A stretch of 48,609 nt of DNA, taken from Candidatus Nanoarchaeia archaeon (GTDB lineage: Archaea > Nanobdellota > Nanobdellia > SCGC-AAA011-G17 > GW2011-AR18). Under the pieces are notes generated by a model. The model saw only the letters and a program-made list of their open reading frames with translations. It was not told the origin of the DNA and searched no databases. Location of the stretch: contig DASRUL010000006.1 in the NCBI GenBank assembly GCA_035655455.1, positions 1-48,609 of the forward strand, given 5' to 3'. Position 1 is the stretch's first letter; each line of letters opens with the position of its first letter. Made by a program: the position numbers and the translations under genes. Positions 17,511-25,324 of this stretch are shown piece after piece.

Positions 17511-20500
17511 AACTCTTTTCTTCTCTCAGCATTTTCCTTCTTATGGTCTTTTTAGGAAGCGTCCTTGCCACAGCACAAGTAACTTCTGAAGACGTCAAAG
17601 AACGCCTGATCGGAGCAGCATTCTTTTTAGAAGATGGAGGAGAACCTTATTTTTATTGTCCAAGAGTCAAAGAAGGATCCTGCCTGAAACTAAGCCCAAT
17701 AGGCTGGCTTGACAATTCAGGAAATATTGTTAATGATGAAGACGCTCTTAAAAGTTTAAATGATCTTCTCGCAAAACAAACTGAAGAGACACGCAAGACC
17801 TTCATAGAAAAAGCGTTTATTGGTGATACATTCACCTGGACAAGCCCTGCTGGAAAGAGGATTGATTACATATACTGTCCTGAAGTAAAAGAACAAGCAT
17901 GCTCAAGGGCAAGCCGCACAGGATGGTTGATCAAAGAAACCGGAAATGAGGCTTTAGCGACCAAAGGAGGAGAAGCTGTCTTAAACCATTTGAACGAGCA
18001 ACTCAAAACAAAAGTCGATGAAGCTTTTTCATCAACAATCGAAGACGAATCATCAGAAGAGCAAGTGGTTTTTAGAACAGGTGACTGCACATCTCGTGAA
18101 CGAAAATTTTCAAAAAACAAGTGTTTGGAACGCGAAGAGAACGCAGCAAGCCTCATCAGAGAATTTCTAGGATTAAATTACGAGACAGTTCGAACCTACT
18201 CTCTTGAAGACAAAGCAGTCATTCAGGCTTTATACGATCGCGCAGTCGGATTCAAAAGAATCGCAGAATTAAAACGGCAGTATGAAGGCGCTGTCGAGGT
18301 GAAGCCCGCGGAGAAGAAGCTGTTGGTTCCTGTAGGGGGTAATTTTGAGGCGGTGTTGGATCATGAACAGTCCGCATTAACAGTGAGTTATACGGATCCT
18401 GAAAATAGTGATCCTGATCTGAAGTTCAGGTTGTCGTTGAATGGACAGCCTCTTCCAGCAGTTTTTACAAAAGACGGAGAAATCGCTCGCGCGCAGATTA
18501 GTTTCGAGGATGTTGAGAAGAAGGTTGGTTTTTTTGGTATTTTCAAGCGTTTGCCTGCCTTGGTGCTTTCAGTTCAGCATAAGGGAATAATTAAGGAGTT
18601 TCATCCTAATCTTGTGAGAAGGGTGACTGGCGAAGTTAGTGAAAATGCGGAAGTTATTTTTACATATAATGACAAGGATCGTCTCGGGATTAGCGTAAGT
18701 GGCGTTTTGGCTGGAGAACAGGCGTTGTCTTTCAGAGATAAGGTGTTTGTGTTGACGCCGAACTCTTTGAAAGGAGAACCTTCTGGAAACGCTGCGTTTG
18801 ATGTGAAGGATTTCCCCGCCTTGTTTGAAGCTGTGAAATCAGATGATAGCATTTTAGGCGAGGTTGAATTTGTGGTTAATAATCAGCAGAGAAAGCAGGC
18901 ATATGCTCCCACGGAAATATATTATATGTATACGCGGAAGGTTGTTGAGAGGGAAGCTGTTTCTGCTGAGACTCCAGAGGTTGTTTCTCCTGCTGAGGCG
19001 TGTGGAAAATGTGGAGACGGTATTCTTTTAGTTTGTACAAAAACGGCGTGTGAAACTGAAACGCTGGAGAAGTATGGAGCGCGTTGTAAATTCTTGCCAA
19101 ATATTCTAACGTTTAATCAGTTAGGAAATTGCATGCCACTCGCGCAGGAACTAACCTTGAGCCCTTCAGAGATTATCCCTCAAGTGGAGAAGTTTTGTAC
19201 GCCGAGCCAAACTAAAGTAATTAAGGAAGAACTGGATTTCGAAGCGAAGAGCCGTCGCGTGTTAGGTTTCAGAAAATTCGTGGAGAGCGCGACTGATGAC
19301 GGGATGGAGCGAATGCTCTTGTACGCGATCATGAGTGTTGAGTCTGGAGGGGATCCTAATGCGCAGCATGAGAATGAGGGTGGCTCTGTTGATGTCGGGC
19401 TGATGCAATTCAATGATGGCACTGCGCCGCGCGTGTTTATTCCTTATGAAGACCAGTTTGGAAACAGCTGTGGGAATACTAATACGAAGGAGACTAATGT
19501 TTGCTATGTGTGCGATAAAAAGGGTTGTGGGAGCGGTGACGCAAGGAGGGTTCCTGAGATCGCGATTAAGGGCGCGAAAAAGTTATTGGATTTAAATAGA
19601 AATGCTATTCGCCGTGAATTTGAGAAGTCTGTTGGGAATGGGGAAACGCCGGCCCAGTTAAGTGGAGAAACGTTAGAGAAGCTCACGATTTTGTCTTATA
19701 ATCGCGGTCCTGGCAGGATTATGGGCGCGGTAAAAGAGCTTGCTGCACAGAAAGGAGATAAAGGCGGTGAAATTACGTTTGAGGAAGTTGTCGAGCGTGC
19801 CAAATTTGGCAAGGGCGCGCTTTGTTATGTTTCGCGCGTGTTATTTTACGCTGGCGCCTACGCTGGAGAGTTCGGAATTGGTGGTACAGAATCGACACCG
19901 CCGCAAGCTGTAGCTCCCGCGCGAGTGACGGACGATCTTACGCCTGAAAGGCCAAAAGAGATTTCAAAAGGCGCTCCGGTTGATGCTGAGCATGTATACT
20001 ACTTCACTGTTGACGGCAGATTCCGTTTTCCTAATGAGAATCCTGTTCCTCAGAATACGTTGCCCGTGAAAGGGGCAACGTACGCTGTTGGTCAGAGTGA
20101 AGGGATTTTTGTTGAGCAGACGACGGAAGAGCAGATAACGTTTGCATTCTTTAGGACGAATGCGCTGGGCGTTGTTACGCAAGTGGATTATCCGATTGTT
20201 TTGAATAGTCAGCAAGAAGAGGCATTCCTTGTTAAAGGAAAGTTTAGGGTTTTCTGGCAAGGAGGTAAGAACCTTGGGGTGTTGTATCGGCCTGTAGTGC
20301 AGGAACCTGGCGAGGACGCGGAGAGCGCGCGAGTGAATCCCGGAGAGGTATACTTGTTTTCTGAGATAAGTCCGACGCTTTTGAATCCAATTTTTAAATT
20401 AACAGATAAAGAAGAGCCTGTACGCGGGAAAGAGTACATCTCCCCGCAGAAAGGATCGGCTGGCGGGCGTGCTGTGAAAGGAGTTTATATCCTTGATGTT

Positions 20501-20668
20501 AATACCCATGACGGGATTACCTTTTTCTATTTCAGCACAAATAACAAAGGTGTTGTTGGGGGAATGACGCGGGCGACGGTGACCGAGACGAAGACTGAGG
20601 AGGTTCCTCAGGGCACATATAGGTTTTATTTTGCTCCTCCAGATGTGTTGCGGGTTGAAAAATTATGA
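17507..20668 (+). CDS. secreted 1053-aa protein with a GH23/SLT lytic-transglycosylase-like domain (operon gene 3)
   Basis: ATGA overlap with gene 2. Sec signal is MKLFSSLSIFLLMVFLGSVLATAQV. Two tandem Cys-pair repeats occur: YFYCPRVKEGSCLKLSPIGWL and YIYCPEVKEQACSRASRTGWL. SLT motifs are LLYAIMSVESGGDP (E-S), VGLMQFN and ILSYNRGPG, at nt ~19300-19760. Two C-terminal beta-rich repeats contain ITFAFFRTNALGVV and ITFFYFSTNNKGVV. Confidence 0.85.
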   Translation: MKLFSSLSIFLLMVFLGSVLATAQVTSEDVKERLIGAAFFLEDGGEPYFYCPRVKEGSCLKLSPIGWLDNSGNIVNDEDALKSLNDLLAKQTEETRKTFIEKAFIGDTFTWTSPAGKRIDYIYCPEVKEQACSRASRTGWLIKETGNEALATKGGEAVLNHLNEQLKTKVDEAFSSTIEDESSEEQVVFRTGDCTSRERKFSKNKCLEREENAASLIREFLGLNYETVRTYSLEDKAVIQALYDRAVGFKRIAELKRQYEGAVEVKPAEKKLLVPVGGNFEAVLDHEQSALTVSYTDPENSDPDLKFRLSLNGQPLPAVFTKDGEIARAQISFEDVEKKVGFFGIFKRLPALVLSVQHKGIIKEFHPNLVRRVTGEVSENAEVIFTYNDKDRLGISVSGVLAGEQALSFRDKVFVLTPNSLKGEPSGNAAFDVKDFPALFEAVKSDDSILGEVEFVVNNQQRKQAYAPTEIYYMYTRKVVEREAVSAETPEVVSPAEACGKCGDGILLVCTKTACETETLEKYGARCKFLPNILTFNQLGNCMPLAQELTLSPSEIIPQVEKFCTPSQTKVIKEELDFEAKSRRVLGFRKFVESATDDGMERMLLYAIMSVESGGDPNAQHENEGGSVDVGLMQFNDGTAPRVFIPYEDQFGNSCGNTNTKETNVCYVCDKKGCGSGDARRVPEIAIKGAKKLLDLNRNAIRREFEKSVGNGETPAQLSGETLEKLTILSYNRGPGRIMGAVKELAAQKGDKGGEITFEEVVERAKFGKGALCYVSRVLFYAGAYAGEFGIGGTESTPPQAVAPARVTDDLTPERPKEISKGAPVDAEHVYYFTVDGRFRFPNENPVPQNTLPVKGATYAVGQSEGIFVEQTTEEQITFAFFRTNALGVVTQVDYPIVLNSQQEEAFLVKGKFRVFWQGGKNLGVLYRPVVQEPGEDAESARVNPGEVYLFSEISPTLLNPIFKLTDKEEPVRGKEYISPQKGSAGGRAVKGVYILDVNTHDGITFFYFSTNNKGVVGGMTRATVTETKTEEVPQGTYRFYFAPPDVLRVEKL

Positions 20669-21429
20669 AAAAAGCAAGCGCTTTGTTTAATAAGAATTTT
20701 TTGAAGGTGTTCTTTTTTGATCTTCTCCTCACCATCCTCTTACTCTCCCTGCTGCTCTTTGTCAGAACACAATCAAAAACCTACTTTGAAGATATCCAAG
20801 CATTCTCAGGAGAAATCGCAGAAATAGAACAAATCCTCAGCAAGGAAGACGCCTCAGCAGAAGAAGTCGCACGCGCCCAAGAAACAATCTCAACACTAGA
20901 CAGCATCACCACAAAGTCTTTGCTCTTAAACAGCGTCCTCTTTCCCTTGGCTGTCATCATTCTCTGGATGACCATTGGCTGGCTGTCATGGAGAGGTTTC
21001 ACCAACGTTTCCTGGAAGAGGTTTGCGTTATCCTCTCTGCTTCCTCTCACGCTCTTCTTTTTCCTGATTCTGTATAGTCTCGATATACTCTCCTTGATCC
21101 TGTTCAAAGATACCCAATCGTCCTGGATTATTTTTTCTTTCCTCCTCGTCCTCTTTTTAACAGCAGTGTATTTCTTCCTCATCATCATAGGAAAACCAAC
21201 ACTCACCCTCAAAGAACTATTCTTTTTTGGCATTCACACTTTTAAGAAAATATGGCTGAGACTTTTCCTTCTCACCCTCTTAGGAATTATTTACCTTACT
21301 CTGATCTCGCTCGTGTTCGTTTTCACTTATGTGAACATGTCCATCCTCCTTCCAGCACTCTTCCTTCTCGCTGTCCTTCTACTTCTTGCATTCCAAAAAC
21401 AAGCCTTTGTTAAAGCACTAGAATCTTAA
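20665..21429 (+). CDS. polytopic membrane protein (operon gene 4)
   Basis: ATGA overlap with gene 3. 254 aa with about 6 hydrophobic helices (FFFDLLLTILLLSLLLFV, VLFPLAVIILWMTIGWL, LSSLLPLTLFFFLILYSLDILSLILF, IIFSFLLVLFLTAVYFFLIII, LFLLTLLGIIYLTLISLVFVF, ILLPALFLLAVLLLLAF). Confidence 0.75.
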   Translation: MKKASALFNKNFLKVFFFDLLLTILLLSLLLFVRTQSKTYFEDIQAFSGEIAEIEQILSKEDASAEEVARAQETISTLDSITTKSLLLNSVLFPLAVIILWMTIGWLSWRGFTNVSWKRFALSSLLPLTLFFFLILYSLDILSLILFKDTQSSWIIFSFLLVLFLTAVYFFLIIIGKPTLTLKELFFFGIHTFKKIWLRLFLLTLLGIIYLTLISLVFVFTYVNMSILLPALFLLAVLLLLAFQKQAFVKALES

Positions 21430-21468
21430 ACCAACAAAATCCAGATTCTTCAGAATAAGATCATGAAA

Positions 21469-21603
21469 TGCGGGGAACAGGATTTGAACCTGTGAAGGCA
21501 CTAAGCCACCAGGTTTCTTCAAACAACCACCTAAGCTAAGCCTTTTAGTTCTTTCTCTAAAGAATCTAAAATCTGGCCCGTTTGTCCACTTCGGTATCCC
21601 CGC
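21469..21603 (-). tRNA. class II tRNA, most likely tRNA-Leu (candidate anticodon UAG), with about 51 nt of intronic sequence in the anticodon arm
   Basis: Reverse complement: acceptor GCGGGGA/TCCCCGC plus discriminator A73. D-arm is CCGAAGTGGACAAACGG. The long variable arm is TGGCTTAGTGCCTTC. T-arm is ACAGG-TTCAAAT-CCTGT. The anticodon region is 68 nt rather than 17, and contains a 12-bp hairpin (TTTTAG-A-TTCTTT/AAAGAA-CTAAAA) and two CTTAG motifs. A TATA-like element lies about 28 nt upstream (21628-21634). Confidence 0.75.
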
Positions 21604-21700
21604 ATTCCAAAGTAAAGATATTCTCTCTTTATATGAGTTTTGAAGTTTTACGAAAAAGAAAGAGAAAACTATATTAATAAGTTATACGTGTATAATTAAA

Positions 21701-21922
21701 ATGATTGAAGTAGAATCACAACTCAAAGAATGGGGTAATTCCTTCGGCGTCCTCGTTCCAAAAGGCGTGACATTAAAAGAAGGTCTAAAAGAAGGAGACA
21801 AAGTTTTATTATTCCTCACCAAAAAAACAGACGCCCTCAAAAAGACATTTGGAACTGCAAAATTCAGAAAGACTACAGAGGAAATTCTCAAACAAGGGGA
21901 TAAAGACTCTTGGGATGAATGA
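21701..21922 (+). CDS. vapB: AbrB/SpoVT-fold antitoxin (VapB-like)
   Basis: 73 aa. SQLKEWGNSFGVLVPKGVTLKEGLKEGDKVLL is a swapped-hairpin AbrB/MazE-type motif. It overlaps the downstream PIN gene by 8 nt (ATGAATGA). Confidence 0.75.
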   Translation: MIEVESQLKEWGNSFGVLVPKGVTLKEGLKEGDKVLLFLTKKTDALKKTFGTAKFRKTTEEILKQGDKDSWDE

Positions 21923-22283
21923 ACAACTATTCTTTTTTGACACCTATGCTTTTTTTGAAATTATCAGAGGCAATCCCCTTTACGAAAAATACAAGAACGT
22001 TCCAGCAATAACATCTATCTTCAACCTTGCAGAACTAAATTACAACCTTAAAAAAGAACTAAAAGAAGAACAAGCTGACTACTATACTAATGAGTACGCT
22101 CCTTTTCTTGTAGAGGTGGATCTTGAAACACTAAAAAAGGCTATGTCTTTCAAGAAGAAATATAAATCCTTTTCCATTCCAGATGCAATAGGATACCACT
22201 TAGCATTAAAAATGAACGCAATGTTTCTTACAGGCGATGAAGGATTTCGCCACCTTCCTAATGTAGAATTTGTTAAAAAATAA
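21915..22283 (+). CDS. vapC: PIN-domain toxin (VapC-like)
   Basis: Starts MNEQLFFFDTYAFFEI, which carries the first PIN Asp. The C-terminus is IPDAIGYHLALKMNAMFLTGDEGF. I chose the internal ATG at 21915 rather than the track start at 21849. Confidence 0.75.
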   Translation: MNEQLFFFDTYAFFEIIRGNPLYEKYKNVPAITSIFNLAELNYNLKKELKEEQADYYTNEYAPFLVEVDLETLKKAMSFKKKYKSFSIPDAIGYHLALKMNAMFLTGDEGFRHLPNVEFVKK

Positions 22284-22313
22284 TTTCTTCAATTACTTCA
22301 AAAAAAACTAAAA

Positions 22314-22553
22314 TCATTCTGAATATTCAATCTTATCAACATCTTCTAAAATCTTCTCAATCCATTCGTCAGCCTTCTCTCTCTTGCCCTGAATCTCAGC
22401 CTTCAACGCCTTCTCAGCCTTTGTGTAATCCATCTCCACCTCAGACAACAACTCCATCGCAAACTCCAAGGATTTTCTGCGCAATACCTTATTCTCAATA
22501 TTCAAGATGTGACTAAGAATCGCTTTCAACTCCAACAACAACGGTTTAATCAT
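22314..22553 (-). CDS. small helical hypothetical protein
   Basis: 79 aa from the Met at 22553 ([13 protein letters not shown]...). It overlaps the L37e stop by 8 nt, so it is probably co-transcribed with Sm and L37e. Sequence is Lys/Glu-rich and helical. Confidence 0.45.
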   Translation of the reverse strand: MIKPLLLELKAILSHILNIENKVLRRKSLEFAMELLSEVEMDYTKAEKALKAEIQGKREKADEWIEKILEDVDKIEYSE

Positions 22554-22746
22554 TTTTAGCTCGCTTTGTCTTCCCCCTCCACTTTGTCTGCCAACCATAC
22601 CTTCTCAACTTCGCACTCTTCCCAAAGCCACAACTACTGCACATCTTGTTCCTGACATGAAAAGAACGCTTGCCACACCTCCGACAACGAATAACAAACT
22701 TACTCTTCTTCCCCTTCGGACCCATCGCGGGCGTTCCCTTGGTCAT
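22546..22746 (-). CDS. rpl37e: ribosomal protein L37e
   Basis: [42 protein letters not shown]: the C4 zinc ribbon and N-terminal GT(P/A)S(F/M)G-type motif are typical of eL37. Confidence 0.9.
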   Translation of the reverse strand: MTKGTPAMGPKGKKSKFVIRCRRCGKRSFHVRNKMCSSCGFGKSAKLRRYGWQTKWRGKTKRAKND

Positions 22747-22750
22747 GGCC

Positions 22751-22993
22751 TCACGCTAAAGAAATAAACACAATCGTGTCTCCCCGAATAAACACTGTTC
22801 CCAACTTCCTCGAAATCTCACTGTTCGTTTTCTCCTCACAATGCTCAAGAACGGTGTTCACGTGAATGTCAAACGATCTTAACTTTCCAACAAGCTGCTT
22901 CCCATTCTTCAATTCAACAATCGCATTCTTCCCTCTCGCCTCGTTCAACGTGTCCAAAGGCCGAGACTCCATCGAAGACCGTGTTTCCATCAT
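22751..22993 (-). CDS. Sm-like archaeal protein (SmAP/LSm)
   Basis: Sm1/Sm2 pattern: [32 protein letters not shown] ... [12 protein letters not shown]. It shows the Sm-L37e gene pairing conserved in Archaea. A TATA element (CCTTAAATAAATGG) lies about 25 nt upstream. Confidence 0.85.
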   Translation of the reverse strand: MMETRSSMESRPLDTLNEARGKNAIVELKNGKQLVGKLRSFDIHVNTVLEHCEEKTNSEISRKLGTVFIRGDTIVFISLA

Positions 22994-23098
22994 GATACGA
23001 AGGTGCCCTCAAGCCATTTATTTAAGGCTTTCGCTTGCCTTAACACAAAAACGTTTTTGAACAAAAGTTATTTAAACAAAAGGCGCTTGCAGCAACAC

Positions 23099-23476
23099 AT
23101 GGTCGTCTCACAAGCACGCTCGAGAAGAAAACTCACAGGCGGAAGATATGTTGCAGCAAACAAGAAAAAATCCTATAGCTTAGGCAACCTTCCAACGTTC
23201 ACAAAAATCGGAGAGCCTTCCCACAAAGAACGACGCACAAGAGGAGGATACCCCAAACTTGTCTCACTCAGCGTGAACAAAGCCAATGTTTTTGATAAAA
23301 AATCAGGGAAAGCAAAGCTCGTTGAGATCAAGACTGTTGTCGAAAACCCAGCAAACAGGAATTTCGTCCGAAGAAACATCCTTACCAAGGGCGCAATCGT
23401 AGAAACAGAACTCGGAAAGGCAAAAATTACTTCTCGTCCCGGTCAACAGGGTTTTCTGAACGCTGTTCTTCTGTAG
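23099..23476 (+). CDS. rps8e: ribosomal protein S8e
   Basis: MVVSQARSRRKLTGGRY... is the typical eS8 N-terminus. The C-terminus is AKITSRPGQQGFLNAVLL. A TATA-like GTTATTTAAACAA lies about 27 nt upstream of this ATG; the track start at 23003 is too far upstream. Confidence 0.85.
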   Translation: MVVSQARSRRKLTGGRYVAANKKKSYSLGNLPTFTKIGEPSHKERRTRGGYPKLVSLSVNKANVFDKKSGKAKLVEIKTVVENPANRNFVRRNILTKGAIVETELGKAKITSRPGQQGFLNAVLL

Positions 23477-24212
23477 AATCTTTCTTTCCTAGCTTTTTCA
23501 CAGGCTTGTCTTCCCGCTTCATCTCAGGCTTTTTCTGCTTCGGCCCGAGAACCACGATGATGATCAAGAGGACAATAATCACAGCAAGAAAATATTTTAG
23601 GTAAGGATCTTTCTCTCTTACAGAAGAAGGATCACTACCAAGATTATTTCCCTTCACTTCTGGAAGTTCTTCAGGATTATTAATCTTATCTTCGCCCTTC
23701 CTTTCTTTATCACCAACATCTCTTTTTTTATTGAACTTGTTCACGACAGGAACCGTGAACTTCAGCACAATATTACGCTCCTCAGCGCTTTCGCCAGGAT
23801 GGAAGATTATATTCTCCACAAAAATAACAGGAATCTCATCCTGGATTTGAACCTGGGTTGGCCTTCCTCCCAATCCTAGTAGAAGTTCTTCAGTCCTTGT
23901 TTTATCCTTAAACACGAGCGTCGCAGACCCATCCCTTTCAATAGATTTAAGCAAAAAATCATTCTTACTCTCACCAACCTCAACCGTGATCGCGCTTCCC
24001 TCTCGCGTCCTAATGTTCACATAACTGTACTGCTCAAGATTTAGACTAATATTCTCCTTGAAATCAAGCACAAGATTATGCTCATCAACGGTATTAAAGG
24101 CAAAAACACTCAGCGCCACAAAGAAAAAACTAAGCACAATCGCAACGAAAGATTTACGCATAACCACTGGATTTCCGGCTTGCTTATAAGGATTTCCAGC
24201 CTCGAACATCAC
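23427..24212 (-). CDS. hypothetical secreted/membrane-anchored protein
   Basis: 261 aa. It has an N-terminal signal/anchor (MRKSFVAIVLSFFFVALSVFAF; alternative start at 24161), a C-terminal TM (YFLAVIIVLLIIIVVLG) and a Lys-rich tail. Its 3' end overlaps the convergent rps8e by about 50 nt. Confidence 0.5.
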   Translation of the reverse strand: MMFEAGNPYKQAGNPVVMRKSFVAIVLSFFFVALSVFAFNTVDEHNLVLDFKENISLNLEQYSYVNIRTREGSAITVEVGESKNDFLLKSIERDGSATLVFKDKTRTEELLLGLGGRPTQVQIQDEIPVIFVENIIFHPGESAEERNIVLKFTVPVVNKFNKKRDVGDKERKGEDKINNPEELPEVKGNNLGSDPSSVREKDPYLKYFLAVIIVLLIIIVVLGPKQKKPEMKREDKPVKKLGKKDSTEEQRSENPVDRDEK

Positions 24213-24286
24213 CGTTTAAAACCATAAAATAAGCCTGTTTTAGCCAAAAACACCCCTTCCCAAGACTGCCCACAAATTTCGGAAGG

Positions 24287-24296
24287 TTTATATATA
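24287..24296 (+). promoter_or_regulatory. TATA box upstream of tfb
   Basis: TTTATATATA lies about 35 nt upstream of the ATG at 24326. A second TATATAAA is at 24311-24318. Confidence 0.5.
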
Positions 24297-24325
24297 ACTT
24301 CCTTCTTTACTATATAAAGGTTTTT

Positions 24326-25324
24326 ATGAAGTTATTAGGGGGTGGTGAACTTCATAGAGACGCTCGAGGGGACATGTCAGCGGAATACATCAAGAAGTGC
24401 CCAGAATGTGGAGGCTCGAATCTCCTTATCCAGAAGGACCGCGGAGAAGCAACATGCAATGACTGCGGTCTTGTCATCGAAGAAAAAATGATTGACTTCG
24501 GCCAAGAATGGCGCGAATTCAGCGAAGACCAAACTTCAAAAAAGCGCAGAACAGGCTCACCTCTCAGCTACACAAAATATGACAGAGGTTTAGGAACAGA
24601 CATCGGCCAAAAAGGAGACATCTACCAGCTCAGCGCAAAAGGAAAAAACAAATTCTTCAGATTAAGAAAATGGCAACACAGAATCTCAACAGCAATCGAA
24701 AGAAACTTAAAACTCGCCCTCGCTGAACTCAAAAGGGTTTCCTCCTATTTGAAATTACCAAAATCCGTAGAAGAAGAAGCCTCAAGAATTTATACTATGG
24801 CAGTCCAACGAGGACTCGTGCGCGGAAGATCTATGGAATCAGTCGTCGCAGGATCACTCTACGCATCATGTAGACGCCACGAAGTCCCAAGAACACTCGA
24901 CGAGCTCTCAGAAGCCTCAGGCATTGACAAGAAAGAAGTCGGAAGAACCTACCGTTTTATTACTAGAGAATTGGGCATTAGAATTTTACCGAGCAACCCT
25001 ATTGACTACTTACCAAGATTCGTGTCAGCGCTCAAACTCACCGCAGAAACCCAATCCAAAGCCATTGAAATCTTAAACAAAGCGCGAGAAGCAGAATTAA
25101 CTTCAGGGCGCGGGCCTACAGGAATCGCTGCCGCATCTTTGTATGTTGCTGCGTTAATGAACAACGAGAAGAGAACCCAACGAGAAGTAGCAGACGTCGC
25201 AGGCGTCACAGAAGTCACCATCAGAAACAGGTACAAAGAATTACTGAAAGAACTAGACTTAAAAGACAAAATAAAAAAGAAAATGAAAGAATTAGGCATC
25301 CAAGAGGACATTGAACTGGAATGA
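24326..25324 (+). CDS. tfb: transcription initiation factor B (TFB/TFIIB)
   Basis: N-terminal Zn ribbon (CPECGGSNLLIQKDRGEATCNDCGLVIEE), B-reader/linker, two cyclin-fold repeats (RGRSMESVVAGSLYASCR; GRGPTGIAAASLYVAA) and an HTH (QREVADVAGVTEVTIRNRYKEL). An alternative start is at 24374. Confidence 0.92.
   Translation: MKLLGGGELHRDARGDMSAEYIKKCPECGGSNLLIQKDRGEATCNDCGLVIEEKMIDFGQEWREFSEDQTSKKRRTGSPLSYTKYDRGLGTDIGQKGDIYQLSAKGKNKFFRLRKWQHRISTAIERNLKLALAELKRVSSYLKLPKSVEEEASRIYTMAVQRGLVRGRSMESVVAGSLYASCRRHEVPRTLDELSEASGIDKKEVGRTYRFITRELGIRILPSNPIDYLPRFVSALKLTAETQSKAIEILNKAREAELTSGRGPTGIAAASLYVAALMNNEKRTQREVADVAGVTEVTIRNRYKELLKELDLKDKIKKKMKELGIQEDIELE

Noticed and set aside
10356-20439. Many 60-125 aa ORFs in the track that lie within or antisense to the giant genes (for example 10356-10598, 10650-11030, 13871-14134, 15845-16219, 15989-16336, 19964-20260).
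   Set aside because: They are embedded in long, well-supported ORFs and encode low-complexity Arg/Ser/Pro- or Phe/Cys-rich products typical of shadow frames in compositionally skewed DNA. The same applies to shadow ORFs inside dnaK, dnaJ, ftsZ, the M50 protease and the PQQ dehydrogenase gene (6912-7577, 7629-8267).
21438-21450. A short match (gaatctgg, reverse strand) to the tRNA-Val T-arm near the tRNA-Leu end of the segment, considered as a possible attR.
   Set aside because: Only about 8-9 nt match and they are in inverted orientation, which is well within chance expectation.
21469-21603. Reading the first loop-like sequence of the tRNA-Leu anticodon region (CCAGA-TTTTAGA) as an anticodon loop with UUA, that is, a UAA-suppressor tRNA.
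   Set aside because: No complementary 3' stem strand (TCTGG) follows it. The TTTTAG segment is instead the 5' strand of a perfect 12-bp hairpin typical of intron structure. All ORFs in the window terminate normally under the standard code, including at TAA.
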